DNA of 64,000 bases, from assembly GCA_964188305.1 (NCBI GenBank), contig OZ076890.1, one strand, 5' to 3'. The DNA is from Podarcis bocagei. Lineage: Eukaryota. The notes under the pieces are model-generated. The model did no database searches. It saw nothing but the letters and a program-made list of their open reading frames with translations, and had not been told where the DNA came from. Shown here one piece after another: positions 11,304 through 24,689 of this stretch. A program made the translations under genes and the position numbers. How positions within the stretch are numbered: the first letter of the stretch is position 1; the number at the start of each line of letters is the position of its first letter.

Positions 11304-11454
11304 CCTACTCCTGATATGTGGCTCAAGAGGGCATTCTTATTCTGATTCTGATTTTGATTCTTATTTAAATTTGTATACTGCCCTACTCCTGATATGTGGC
11401 TCCACGAGGGCATTCTTATTATTATTGATATTCTTATTTAAATTTGTATACTGC
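11304..11454. repeat. Tandem duplication (78-bp and 73-bp units) spanning an L2-tail junction
   Basis: CCTACTCCTGATATGTGGCTC...ATTTAAATTTGTATACTGC occurs twice. Confidence 0.9.
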
Positions 11455-14183
11455 CCTATACTAGCAGGTCTCAGGGTGGTTCGCAACAATATAAAAATAC
11501 AAAATGCATAATAAAACCAAAACCAAGAACAACCCAATAATCCCCCTTTCCCTGAGTAATGGAGCCCTCAGGCTGAACAAGGTTTCCTACAATACCACAG
11601 CCCGTCCGCGCTATACATTTACCGCAGTATTATACCACTTTAAACCACCATGGCTTCCCCCAAAGAATCCTGGGAAATTTGTAATTTGTTAAGGGCGCTG
11701 AGAATTTTTAGAAGACCCCTATTGACCTCCCAGAGTGCTTTAACAATCAACCTTTTCCCCAGAGAACTCTAGGAAGTGGAGCTCTTTGAGGGGGCAGGGG
11801 ATGTCAAAAAGCTATTCACTTGGGAAAGCATTCCACCGTCTAAAGCAACCGAACGACAGCTTTAAAACATAATATGACTTTAAAGGGGATTAGACAGGTT
11901 TATGCTGCTGCTGCTAGCCAGCCTATCTGTCAATTTCACTAGGATCTCGCCCATCTTACAAGGAGGTCAGTGTGCAGTGCATAAAAGTTTCCTCGTGTTC
12001 TTCTCACACTGCCCTGTGAGGTAGGCCAGGCTGAGTAACCATAATTCCCAATTGCGCTTATTACCAGATAAGCAGTACAGGATTTCAGCCTTACAGTGAG
12101 ATCCGCTGAATCGCTACTTCAAAATAAATACCGTTAAGTTCTATGAGACTTACCTCCAGGTATGTATGCATACCAGGAGTGGAAAACCTTTTATTTTCAA
12201 TGATTTCAGCATCCTATGCATGCTTACCTGGAAGTAAGTCATTGAACTTAATTGGACATTTTTTTGGAGTAAACATGCGTAGGATTGCACTGTTCGATAT
12301 TCAGTTTTAGCAACAGAGTCAGGAGTGTGGGAAAAGGTTTGGAAAGAAAAAAGTGTCAGCAATTTAGAAACATATTGTTAATCAAACTGACTCATGCTAA
12401 TGGTATTGAGTCACTTCCCATGGGATTTATATCAATGGATATACAAACAATGCGAAGAGGAAATTATGTTAAACTTTCGAGTTCCCAGCATTCTAAGAGT
12501 CTGGGGTTCAGGTTAACTGTAAAATGGGAGTTGGAGACCAAGACTCAACAAAGTCTCCAATTTGCCCTACAGGTATAATCATTATTTTTCCATGAACAGT
12601 TTTTGAACTCTTCTACCACTTTTTGCTTGTTTTCTCTTTGGGAGGCCCGGCCCTTCCTCAGGCTCCAAAAATTATGCTTTGCAGAGATAAAGTCATCATA
12701 ACACATCTGTTAGACCGTAGATAGCAAGTCATTGATCTGCAAGATGACTTCATAGAGATTTTTTCCCACTTGGTTATTGCTCCTTTATGAGAGGAGGAAA
12801 AATAATTCTGCAATCCGTAGGGGTGTTTTAGGGGTGATTTTTTATTTATTTGTATTTTTGGTAATTGAGTCTTGCAGTTATCCCAATGCTTGGAATTAAC
12901 TGGTTTGGTTTAATAAAGTTCACTGAATTATTTCAAAAATCTCAGAGCTGTACCTGAAAGCAGTTCTCCTAATTGCTGGGTGAAATGTGTGTTTTGGGGT
13001 AGATGAACAATTTCTAAATCATCTTCAAGTTACAAACCCTTCACCCTGAGGTCCCAGCAGGGGGAAGTTACAATATTAAAACACAATAATAAAACTTTTA
13101 AAGCAACTTACAATCACAAAAAATAAGTTGGGTGCTAAAAATATATTCCTCAAGTGTTAAAAGGTAGTGTAAAGAGCTACACCTTCTGCTGATTAATTCT
13201 TATTATAGAATTAAAGTTAGTTAATTCTATTAAATTGGTTTTTTAATTCTTTAGACTCTTTGGGCCTTTAAAGATCATAATTGTTGGGATAAATAAATAA
13301 AAACAATTATAATAATAAAATAAAATAAAATAAACTATAAATTAAACTAAAATACTGAACAATAAATGAACAATTCACTTCACTTCCCAATGTTTAGATG
13401 TTTTCTTAATCTCCTTAAGTATATTTTATACTTTGGCAAAGCGGCTTGTAACATTCTGAATGCAGGAAAAATGAACTGGAATTGAACTGTGAACTGAACA
13501 TGAACTGAACTAGTTCATCTTGTAAAGGGATGGCCGTGAACTGGAACTGATTCATTTTGGGATGTGCTGAACTACAACTAGTCCTTTTTTAAAATGAGCT
13601 TTCCAAGCTCTGAATTATTCACAAATATTATTCAAAGAGGACTGCCTTTAAAATGTTATATTTCTGAACAAATCTTGTCCATGCTTTGGAGACCTGTTGT
13701 AATTTTTTTAATGCCAGAAATAAAATGGGGAGCAGAGAACTTTTTAGTTTTTGTTATTTTGAGGTAGCTTCAGACTTTACCTTATGCCTCCTCATGGTAT
13801 TGCAATGTTTTTGAGGGCTTCTCCATAAGACCTGCTAATTGAACCTTTTATCCTGGTTTGCTTACACAAAGCTTATGCAGTGGTTAGTCTATACTGGTCC
13901 TTTAATGAGCATTTGTTCTGATTTGTTTGTAGGAAGTTTATACAATAATGAGTATATAAATTCTGATTTGCTTGCATGGTGTTTTTATGTCTTCCTGTTA
14001 ATCCTTTCTTCATTCCACATTTTTCAGTGCATTTCCCTATGACATTCCTAACCACAAAAAAATCACTTTTTTTAAAAAAGGATTTGTTGTGACAAAGCAC
14101 TTTAATATACTTCAATAGCAGAAAGCTAAATTTCTGGTATGGAATTGAATTCATCTTGCAAAATACTGACAGCCTGGGAGAGA

Positions 14184-14185
14184 CG

Positions 14186-14247
<62 letters not shown>
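14184..14247. repeat. (GTT)n microsatellite
   Basis: Seen directly in the sequence. Confidence 0.98.
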
Positions 14248-14248
<1 letters not shown>

Positions 14249-14331
14249 TAGAACCCCAGTTAAGGGAATCATGTGCAAAGCACACGTTTGCAAATAGGGT
14301 TCCTGATCCAGCAGGAAAATGGTGTTTCCTT

Positions 14332-14511
14332 AGGCTGCAATCCCTTACATCTGCAAGGAAGTAAGCTCCATAGCATGCAGTGGACTTACTCTCAGAGAAA
14401 CACACATGACATTGTGCCCTTGGGCTGCTGTCCTGCATGCTCTTGGCTGGGAGTAAGACCCATTGAGCTCAGTGGGAATTACTTTTGAGTAGGCATGCAC
14501 AGGATTGCACT
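14332..14511. mobile_element. Two adjacent ~85-bp palindromic MITEs (Harbinger-like); relatives at about 12205-12290, 16540-16615 and 54005-54090
   Basis: GGCTGCAATCC...GAGTAAG.CCCATTGA...GGGACTTACT...GGATTGCA pattern. Confidence 0.65.
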
Positions 14512-16028
14512 GTTCTAGAACACCTGCACATGACAGCTTCCTATTGATTTACGAGTCCCACCATTTTGAAAACAGCTTGGTTCCCCATTACTTGGAGAGG
14601 ACGAGAACTAATTCAGGGACTGCTATAAAACAGAGAGTGCACCAGGCTCTCTTAAGAAGTGTGTGTGGCCAAATGGAAAGCTCCACTAAAGCCAGTAAGC
14701 TTCAGTCTTGTTCGTGGCCTTAATCCATTCCTTGATTAATGTCACATTTAACCTGGATTATGGCTGTGGTTATGAAGTGCTTTAAACAAAAACCAGACCG
14801 AAATGGAGAAATAGCTTACCCAAGCCACTGTGCTGTCTAAACACCAGAAGACTGGAGATATTGGCATAGAACTACGTGCTACTTATTTTATATTTACTTA
14901 TGCACATGCTTTTCTGCCACACCAGCAGGTAAATATATATTCAATCACTCCATGATATCCCATGCTTTCAGTCCCTCAGTCCTCCTAGATAAGGGATGGG
15001 GAACCTTTGGCCCTGGGGGCCAAATGTAGCCTTATATCAAGAATGGGGAACCTGTGGCCCTCCAGATGTTTATTAGACACCAGATCCTAGTCAGCATTGC
15101 CAATAGTCAGGGGGTAATGGGAATTGTAGTCCTGCAACATCTGGGGGACCACACTGAATCATTTTCAGAAGAGGGAGAGAGGAAGCATATAACAACAACA
15201 ACAACAACAACAACATTGGATACTGATAAATTCTGAAGTTACAGGAGCAAGAAAGTTCAGTTCAACATATGAGTAGAATCAGGAGAAATTGTGCAATTTG
15301 TTAATAATTGGGTTTGGCTTTCCAGAGTGTAGTTCCAATCTTTATTTGATTAATGTGAGTCTTTCTAGCATCACTGAATTCTTGTTTCATTTCTTTTCAA
15401 ATACCCAGGCCTTTAAAACATGATAATGGAATTAAAAATGCTGTTGACTTTCTTTTTTTGGGGGGGTTGCTATGTTTTGTTTTGTTTTTTTACTTCAGTT
15501 AGGCTTTATTTCCATTTCAAAGCTGAATGTAAATATCAAAACCAGCAATACATCTGCTTTGTCTGTTCTTTCTGCCATGTATTATTTCCTGAATGAAATG
15601 TATGAACGTGTCAAGGGTCATCTGGGGATAGCAAATGCCTGCCGTATGTTAACCCAGTTGATGTGTATGGACCTGAAATCGTTGCAATGCACAGTTTTAA
15701 ACAAGCACATGACTCTGTGAGAAAGAGTCACTATGACAAGTTTCATCTCTGTTTGGGGACTTTAATAAATGCCAATGCGTTAGTTGTTCAGAACCAGAAG
15801 TTATGAAAAATTTGAGTCTCATCTTATGACAGGAGCACTAAGCAGTCCTGGTCCCATTCCTGACATCCCAGGCAGGTTCTGTTATTCTTGTAAGATCTGC
15901 AGTGCTTTTATGAAAACAGAACATATATACACACTCAAATGCACCTATCAACACAGAACAACTTTAGTTCCCAAATGGTTTAGCAAAACAGTCCAGCAGT
16001 CAACATGGAAAGAAACAGTGCTCTTTAC

Positions 16029-16479
16029 TAGGGATGGAGGAGAAATTCAATACAGTTCAATACAGTTCATATGCTAAGGCGAACCTACATAATCCACACT
16101 TTGTAGAATGATTTGCAAACAAAAATGCTCCTGTCCTTTGAAGATCACAATTCTCAAAATTTGATGTTGCAGTCCTCCAACCTAATAATGCATACAAAAA
16201 TGGGTATATTAGGGGAAATGTGCATAAAATGTGCATGTCTTTTTGAAAGTAATACACAAAATGCATTATATTAGTGGGTATTTGCTTTGCAAAAATGTAT
16301 AGGTTAGGCAAAATTTCTTTTAAATGTGGCTATTAGGAAAAGCTTGCACTAAAATGTTGATTGGTTTTTATGAGATTTTAAAAAATCTCAAACTGACACG
16401 GAAATGTGGAGAACTGAATGACATTTGGAAAAAGGAGAAAAGGAGAAAAAACTGAAATTGACAAATTCACCCGTCCCTA
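16029..16479. mobile_element. hAT-like MITE
   Basis: TIR TAGGGATGG/CCGTCCCTA; 8-bp flanks CTCTTTAC/CTCTCTGC (6 of 8 match). Confidence 0.75.
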
Positions 16480-17538
16480 CTCTCTGCGTAGGACAAAACA
16501 GGTATTGGATAAAGCACAATGAGCAGATGCCCAAGACTGCCATCATATGCACATTTGAGAGGAGGTGAATTTAGTGAGACTTACACCCTCAGGAAACATG
16601 AAAAGGACCAGGCTGTAAGAGATGTTGTGAGCACCCAGTTTTCAATTATGAGATCCAGATATCAAAGGAAATTCTAAAGTAGTGAGTTTTATGCACCACA
16701 ACTGTTTGTCATATCATTTGCATTGTATAATTCCCGGATTAGTGTGTTCAGAATAGGAATGGTCAGATCAAGATAATTCCGGATTGCGCCACTTTTGCAT
16801 GTGTTCATTATTAAGTCTGTTTCCACATTATTAGTATGTAATATTCAGAGAAGAGCAAGATGTGATGGACAGGGATGTTTTGATCTGTTTTGATCTGTAT
16901 ACTAGTCCAGAAAGTTTGGATTAGGTCAGCTCATAATGCAATATGAACAAACCAAATCCCACATGCACCCCTGGTTGGGAAGAATGGCACAGCCAAATAA
17001 TAATAACAACAGTAACAATAACAGCAAAAACCAATCAGTGCTAGTTTAAGGGTTGCCCTACTATTTCATTCCTGGAGTGAATCATGTCTCTGTTTTCACT
17101 AGATCATATGCTGATTGTCAGGATAGATTAATTTTTATATGTTTTTTCTTTCATCTCAGTTGCAATGCTTTTAATAATGTTCAACTGTTTTTATCACTAT
17201 GTTATGATTTTCTGGCTTCGATTAAAATAAAGCAACTGTCAAAAGATTTAGCCAAGGTTTAGGGAAATGCAGTCTTTTATCGGCTATTGATTTATTTCCT
17301 GTCATTGCTGCTAAGGGACAGACACATATCAGTTTGATTGATGACTACGCATTGATATTATGAGTTTTGAATCTTTCTTGTTTGCAGTTGAGCTTGAACT
17401 AATATTAACCTTTTCTTAAAATCAGACAGCATTTCTTGTACCTTTTCTCCTTTTCTCCATTCGCATCATGGGAAGGACACACTGGATGGGATTCAGCTGA
17501 ATAGTCCCACAAGCATAAGCTCTTGCAGGACTTCTGCT

Positions 17539-17628
17539 CATAGCTGCCAACGTTTTCCTTTTTTAAAGGGAAATTCCCTTATTCCGAATAGGATTCCTAG
17601 CAAGAAAAGGGAAAGGTTGACAGCTATG
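17539..17628. mobile_element. 90-bp hAT MITE
   Basis: TIR CATAGCTGCCAAC/GTTGACAGCTATG; perfect 8-bp TSD CTTCTGCT. Confidence 0.92.
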
Positions 17629-17866
17629 CTTCTGCTAGTGCAATGAGGCTCTCCCCACTTTCTTCATCCTGTCTCCCCACCCCGCCCCCGCCCAGGGAAA
17701 TAGATCAGAGGGGCTCGGGGAACCCTCAGAATAGCACACTTGCTCTGATGCTGTGTTGAATTCCTCCCACTTCCAAATGGGTTAAATCTAATGCTAGTCC
17801 TATTCAGAGCAGACCTATTTAAATAAATAAGCATGACTAACTGAGCTCCATTCATTTTAGTAGGTA

Positions 17867-18108
17867 CAGTGGTACCTCGGGTTAAGAACTTAATTCATTC
17901 CAGAGGTCCGTTCTTAACCTGAATCTGTTCTTAACCTGAAGCACCACTTTAGCTAACAGGGCCTTCTGCTGCCACCATGCCACTGGAGCACAATTTCTGT
18001 TCTCATCCTGAAGCAAAGTTCTTAACCCGAGGTAATATTTCTGGGTTAGCGGAGTCTGTAACCTGAAGAGTATGTAACCTGAAGCATATGTAACCCGAAG
18101 TACCACTG
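17867..18108 (+). mobile_element. Tigger/pogo-like MITE, family B
   Basis: TA TSD; CAGTGGTAC TIRs; near-identical to 3961-4202. Confidence 0.93.
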
Positions 18109-18245
18109 TATTATCTCAATCCAGCAGAAGATGAATCTCTACTGCCTGTTCTGCCTTTCGACTGATTCAGAGCACCTCTTTCTTGTCTGGATTGAGTTTC
18201 AATTTGTTCACCCTCATTCAGACCATTACTGATGACAGACATATA

Positions 18246-18298
<53 letters not shown>
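18246..18298. repeat. (CT)n(AT)n microsatellite
   Basis: Seen directly in the sequence. Confidence 0.97.
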
Positions 18299-18299
<1 letters not shown>

Positions 18300-19124
18300 T
18301 ACAAACATACATAAAACAATTATTTAAATAGGTGCCTGGAATGAGTTAGTCCTTCTGCAACACATGCACAGATTTCAGAGACTAGAGCCAGAGGACAGAT
18401 TATGCGGAATGAAGAAGTTGGCTGAAGTATTAAAATTCCACATCAGGCTACAGTGGAGTCCATGTGTGTCATATATTGGAATGCTCTACTGCCTTTTTTC
18501 TTTTTAAAGTCCAGTTTGTGCATCAGAGAGATATGTTGTGCTTAACCCTCTCCCTGATATATTAGTTGGGTTTTGTTTGTTTTTTAAAGTTGAATAGTAT
18601 CCTAAAATAGGATACTGGTATTCCCACTGACATATACCTATAAAGCATTTGGAGCAAATGTGTGTGGGCTTAGTGAAAAGTGAGTGTGGTGATACACCAG
18701 GCCCCACCCTCTATGTCCTCAAACGGGCTGGCTCCCTTCAGACTATTTTGCATCGGGAGGAAGGCCTGAAAGGAGATTTTCATCACAATTATCTGGACGT
18801 TCTTAGAATTCGCCACACGATTTGGAACCCTATTCAAGCAGGGCTCCCAATCAAAATTGAGGTTCTAGGCCAAGGGGTAGGGACCTGCAAGTCTCCAGAT
18901 CCTCTGACTCCCTACTAATATGGCCCAAGATGCGGGATGTTGGGAGTTGAGTTAGAGTCCATCCACATCTGAAGCTGCTTTTAGATGAGTGGGCTTAAAA
19001 TCTCCCCCTCAAGTGCTTTTGGTATCCTTAAACTCTAATAATGCTTCTCGTTCACCTGTACGGAGGGAAACGTGCATTAGAAGCATCTGACTTTCACCTG
19101 GTTGGAATGTAGCCGACTATATTA

Positions 19125-19495
19125 TTATTTATAATTATTATTATTACAATTAGTTTTTTAACTGCCTTCCGGACCACTGCATCAAGATGACTTACAAGCA
19201 AGAAAATTTTAAAAAAACCTTGTGGTAAAGCTGGGAAAGCTGGAACAAAAAAGGCCTTCAACCATTTTCTGAATGTGAACACTTGTTGTACCTCAACAGA
19301 AATGCTATTCCAATAGGCAGCCACTTCAAAAAAACAAAAACCCTGCTCTGAGTTACTCTGGTGCAGGCTCTGAGATCTTCAGGACTTGCAAGAGAAACTC
19401 TCTCATAGAACACAGTGATCTACCAGGCGCATAAGGGATAAGTCAGCCTCTCAAGCAATCTGGTCCTGAACTGTAGAGGGACTTATATGATATTA
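19125..19495 (-). mobile_element. Degraded L2 LINE 3' fragment
   Basis: (ATT)n tail followed by typical minus-strand L2 motifs (AAAAGGCCTTCA, TATTCCA, CAAGCAATCTGGTCC). Confidence 0.55.
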
Positions 19496-19822
19496 CAGGC
19501 ATTTTGTGGCATTTTGGTGTCACTTCCAAGCTCGGCTGATGCGTGCATGCGCAGTGGCACACATATTGGACACACCTAAAACGGTTGTTGTCTGTACCAA
19601 CGTCTTGACAAGCATAAGAATCAGTGTTGCTCTGCTCATTCTTGGCTTTGATTTACACACTTGTGCCCGTCTGATCTCACCCACTCTGGCATGTTGTCCA
19701 TCGAAGGTTGCCCATGCGGGAATGCAGACCTCAACCTGAAAACGCTTGCCATTTGTTTTGAAAATCCATAGCTACATCATATTGCAACTCCAGAACTGGA
19801 TCTTTTTTAGAAACTGTGCAGT

Positions 19823-19827
<5 letters not shown>

Positions 19828-19910
<83 letters not shown>
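19828..19910. repeat. (GT)n(GA)n microsatellite
   Basis: Seen directly in the sequence. Confidence 0.98.
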
Positions 19911-19913
<3 letters not shown>

Positions 19914-20907
19914 AGCTTGTGGTTTGTTGAGAAGAGGAGCATGGGTTAAGAAGATTTTTGACCTATAAGATGCCTCTCATCATCTCATCCCAAAAGATGC
20001 TGGCAAAGTGAGCAGGGGGGAAAGGTAATGGAAGGCTTCCCAAGCAGCACCAAAAACACAGAACATCTGGTCTTTACTTAGCATGAGAGGGAGAGAGGAA
20101 ACCACAGCGAAGCTTACCACAAGATAAGAATACTCTGTGCGAATGTGTGAACAAGTCTTCGGATGACAAGTGAGGAATGAGAAGCATAAACAGTGTTGGG
20201 AGATTATGAAATGTTTAATGGTTGCCTGTGTGAACTTCTCGAATTAAAAAAAAAAGTTATTGCAAAATGTTTCTTTTTATTTACAAATGTATTGATATGA
20301 AATTTTAACAACCCCAGAAACTATTAAGAAGCATCTAGAGGGAGAGAGTAGCAGTCTACTCCCCACCACCAAATGTTTGGCAGTGAAAGAGCTGTGGAAT
20401 TGGAAGGAGTCTGGGCTTTCAGACAAGTGCCTGTTGGCTGTCCTGTCCTAAGAAAGCTGTTTACTGGCAAGGATACACACACAGAGTGAAGACTTTGCTC
20501 ACTTTCCCACCAAGGTTCCCTCCCGCTCATGATTAATTTTTCAGAAGTAATTTAGGACCACAAGTTCAAACATAAATTACTGCAAAACTTAAAAGGACTA
20601 CATCTATATTTCTCTTTTCTCACTCTCTCTCCCACACTACTTCTGCCACAGACAGACTACATCTACATACACATTTAAAACATTCCCCCATCATGCATCA
20701 CTCACTCTCTGACATTTATTCAGGGCCCCAGGCTGCAGGACCCAAACCTCTGCCCTGAAGTGTGGCCCTAAAAGTGTCACTTTCAATCTGCTGGGGCTGC
20801 CACCGCTGCATACCTGCCTGCTATTCTGCTGTTAAAGCACTGCTGCTGCTGCTGCTATCATTGGTTCTGCTGCTCCTGCCATGTTCTGAACAATCCTAAT
20901 CCATTTA

Positions 20908-21262
20908 GGGGACACAGGTGGTGCTGTGGTCTAAACCACAGAGCCTAGGACTTGCTGATCAGAAGGTCGGCGGTTCGAATCCCCGCAACAGGGTGAGCAC
21001 CCATTGCTCGGTCCCTGCTACTGCCCACCTAGCAGTTCAAAAGCACGTCAAAATGCAAGTAGATAAATAGGTACCGCTCCGGCGGGAAGGTAAACAGCGT
21101 TTCCGTGCGCTGCTCTGGTTTGCCAGAAGCGGCTTAGTCATGCTGGCCACATGACCCGGAAGCTGTACGCCGGCTCCCTCGGCCAGTAAAGTGAGATGAC
21201 CGCTGCAACCCCAGAGTCATCCATGACTGGACCTAACAGTCAGGGGTCCCTTTACCTTTACC
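20908..21262 (+). mobile_element. Sauria SINE, full length
   Basis: tRNA-like head with GGTTCGAATCCC; (ACCTTT)n tail; CCTAATCCATTTAGGG duplicated at 20895 and 21261. Confidence 0.96.
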
Positions 21263-21795
21263 TAATCCATTTAGGGCATGAGGAAGAAGGATTTTACATG
21301 CATATTGACAGCTTAGACATCTTGTGTAGGGATAGGCAGAAGGAAAATTGGGTTCTGCTAGTCCCGATCTACTAGTAGATCTCTGGGAGATTTGTGGCAG
21401 ATCAACAACGTTTTCTGACTCCCTAACCACAGAAACAACTAAAAGTGTTCCTCTCTCCTCCTAAATGAAGAAGATACCAGAAATGAAGAAACCAGGGGAG
21501 TGGATTTTTTGTCTTGGTTCTGACAGTGGAAACAAATTTGTAGGCTAATATTATGCTCAGACACCCTGCTCCTTTCCTGCTATCCACCTGAGCTAGCATT
21601 TTGCACTTGGCTCCACCTTGGGGTTCAAGCTTTCAAAAAACCCACAACAGATTAGATCGAACAAGTCTGCAGTCTTCCCAGTTCTAATCTAGTGGAATTC
21701 TACAGCAGTAAGGGAGCATAAAGTGTAGGGTGACTGTTTAGGCATCTGCTGAAACAGAAGAAATCCATCAACGAAAGAAAAGACAAATGAAGACA

Positions 21796-21796
21796 G

Positions 21797-21865
<69 letters not shown>
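21796..21865. repeat. (CA)n(GA)n microsatellite
   Basis: Seen directly in the sequence. Confidence 0.97.
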
Positions 21866-21867
<2 letters not shown>

Positions 21868-21923
21868 CTTAGCATGCTAACCAATAGGTATGAGGTGAAA
21901 GTTTTAAAATAATTGCTGTAATA

Positions 21924-22059
21924 CAGGCATAGGCAAACTCGGCCCTCCAGATATTTTGGGACCACAACTCCCATCATCACTTGCTAACAGGACCAGTGGT
22001 CAGGGATGATGAGAACTGTAGTCTCAAAACATCTGGAGGGCTGAGTTTGCCTATGCCTG
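21924..22059. mobile_element. 136-bp palindromic hAT MITE; degraded relatives at about 14990-15155, 18870-18975, 22877-22985, 26290-26425, 30835-30905, 48677-48800 and 55470-55550
   Basis: TIR CAGGCATAGGCAAACTC/GAGTTTGCCTATGCCTG; perfect 8-bp TSD CTGTAATA. Confidence 0.95.
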
Positions 22060-22294
22060 CTGTAATAGTAGTGTAGAATAGAATAATTGAAACATAATAC
22101 ATTTCTCCATAGTGGAGAAGACTGTAACCAGGACACAGTACATGTATACCTGCTAAGTCTACTGCCTAGGTGCTCACTGTTGATGGTCCTTTTCTCCCTC
22201 TTTAGAGTTCTTTATATATCAAGTTAGGCTTGAACTGGACAGCCTTTCAATTAAAAGACCTCTTCAAAATGAGGACTGTCCTCTGTAATGTGGG

Positions 22295-22635
22295 CAGGGC
22301 TGGATTTAGGTTTGATGAGGCCCTAAGCTAATGAAGGTAATGGGGCACTTTATATGTCCAGCTGTCCTTTGTCAACAACAAATCGTCACTGTTTTTTGTG
22401 TTGAATATATGGTAATTTATGGACCTAACAGGTATCTAAATCCATTTGCACGTAACATATAGGAGCCTACACCACACAAAACACTGTTGCTGTATGTAGG
22501 TTTTATTTTATTTGTTTTTTGTATTATATTTTGGAAATGTACATCCAGGTTTTTTCCTTTAAAATTTTGGGGGGTCCCCAAGAGAGTGGGGACCTAAGCT
22601 ATAGCTTGTTTAGGTTATATGTAAATCCGGCACTG
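22295..22635. mobile_element. hAT MITE
   Basis: TIR CAGGGCTGGATTTA/TAAATCCGGCACTG; 8-bp TSD AATGTGGG/AACGTGGG. Confidence 0.9.
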
Positions 22636-23816
22636 AACGTGGGTACACAATACACCTGTTTCTCCCTTTTCCGCATGGCAACATGATGATCCACACTTTT
22701 GCCTGCTGGGGGGGGGGGGACTTCCTTCTTTGGACACCGTCCCCATACAAACTCTGCAACGGTGGTGACACTTCTGCCATACAAGAATAATGTTCTCTTG
22801 ATTATTCATCTGTATTCACATTCTCATGAAAGCTCCAGGGGTGGAAAACAATTTGCTGAACTAGATAGGCAAGAGGCAGGGAAACTGTAGCCCTCCAGCT
22901 GGGGTTGAACCGAAACCCCATAATTCCTGATCACTGGCCATCCTGGCTGGGGCTGATGAGTGTTGGAGTCCAACTAACCTCTTAGATAGGTCTTTGGTCT
23001 GACACCACAGGGTTTTTACTATGTTCTTAAGCTTGCAGGGAATAATAAAAGCATAGCTGTGTATGCTGCTGTCTGTCAATGTTGTTCCAAAATTCCCATT
23101 TGGCATTTCCATAGCTTTGAAAGGAATCATCTGATTTTCAAGAAGAACAATGACTACAGGTCCATGAGAATTTCTTTTACCAATTTTTCTTTCCTTTACC
23201 AAAGTCTTCAGCAATTTACCACACACACAGTGAGAGGTCTTCATTACATGATGTTACAATTAAGGAGAAAGCATCAAAGCATATTGTCACATTCGAGTAG
23301 AAAACAATGGCTTGTTCCAGAATGCATCTGTTTCACATTAAGGACAGATGTGAAATGTTGATAGAAAGCATCACTATCATCATTGGTGTTTTTACTTTCC
23401 TTCACTTTGTATCACTAAGGACCTGACTAGTTCAGACATCTTTCAATAAAATGGATTTTAATCCAATTAGTCAGAAATAGCTTGGCATTTGAAAAGCAAA
23501 TGGCTACAGTTTCAGAGCCCTTTTCTTCACAAACATTTGGCCAAAGTTTTTTCAAATTCAGCTCCAAGACACATTTGCCAACAGTTGGTTCCAGAACTTC
23601 TGGCACAAAGATTTTCTCCCCCAGGGACCTAAGGGCATGGTGCCTCTGAGCTCGGACAGAGTACCTTTCCCTTGTAAAGGGCCTGTGTTTTAAAAAATAA
23701 ATAAATCCTCCAGGAAACCTGAGATAGAACACACCCTGAATGAAGACTGTACCTCTTCAAGTTATATTTCAAATGCCACTAAGGGACCTTGTTTTTGTTT
23801 GATTCTTCTCAGATTC

Positions 23817-24190
23817 TGTTGGAGGAACTGGGCATGAGCCCACATTGCCCCATGTATGAGATAAGCCAACAGGTGCATGGTCAGCCAAGCCAGTTGCTAT
23901 GGCAATGACCTAGTGCCATCTTTATAAGTGATTAAAGCATGTCAGCTCATTAGTCAGTCAGTGAGTCTGTATGTGAGTTGGAGTCTGTGTTACGTCTTGA
24001 AGCTGGAGCAAAAGAGATCTGCATCTGTATCTGCAAAGCCTACAAGCTGTATGTCAATGTCCAGAACTGTATTTCTGAAGCCTTATCTTCTTCAGCAATA
24101 AACTATTTTGGACCTTAAGCTGCCTCTGTGTGGTGACTGGAACTAGAGACAACTTCTCCTACGTGGCAATCTCACTTCAGATTCCCAACA
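23817..24190 (+). mobile_element. Probable solo LTR
   Basis: TGTTGG...CCAACA termini; TTTATAAG and AATAAA inside; TSD degraded (AGATTC/AAATTG). Confidence 0.65.
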
Positions 24191-24205
24191 AAATTGTCTT
24201 TATTA

Positions 24206-24689
24206 CCGTATTTTTCGCCCCATAGGACGCACCGCCCTATAGGATGCACCAAGTTTTTTTGAGGGGGGAAATAAAGAAAAAAAAATATTTCCCCCCCCCC
24301 AGGCATGGGGCTGGCGCGGGGGAAGCCCGAGCTTCCCCCAACCCCAGCCCCCAGAACAGCCTGCTATCCGCAAGCCTAGGGAGCCGCACCGGTCTCCGCA
24401 GGCTTGCGGATAGCTGCGTGAAGCCCGGGTGCGCTCTTCAGCGTGCCCGAGGCTTCGGAATGCCGGCAGCTCTGCGCAACCTTTGGGAGCCCGGCGCGGC
24501 TTGGCGCCAGGCTCCCGAGGGTTGCGCAGAGCTTCCTTGAAGCCAAGAGAGCGAGAGGGGTCAGTGCGCACCGACCCCTCTCGCTCTCCAGGCTTCAGCG
24601 AAAGCCTGTATTCGCCCCATAGGACGCACACACATTTCCCCTTCATTTTGGGAGGGGCAAAAGTGTGTCCTATAGGGCGAAAAATACGG
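24206..24689. mobile_element. pogo/Tc2-like GC-rich MITE, family C
   Basis: TA-CCGTATTTTTCGCCCCATAGGAC...GTCCTATAGGGCGAAAAATACGG-TA. Confidence 0.93.

Noticed and set aside
13465-13612. TGAACT-rich motif array as a nuclear-receptor site cluster
   Set aside because: Ends in TTTCCAAGCTCTG, which resembles a hAT MITE terminus; better explained as subterminal TE repeats.
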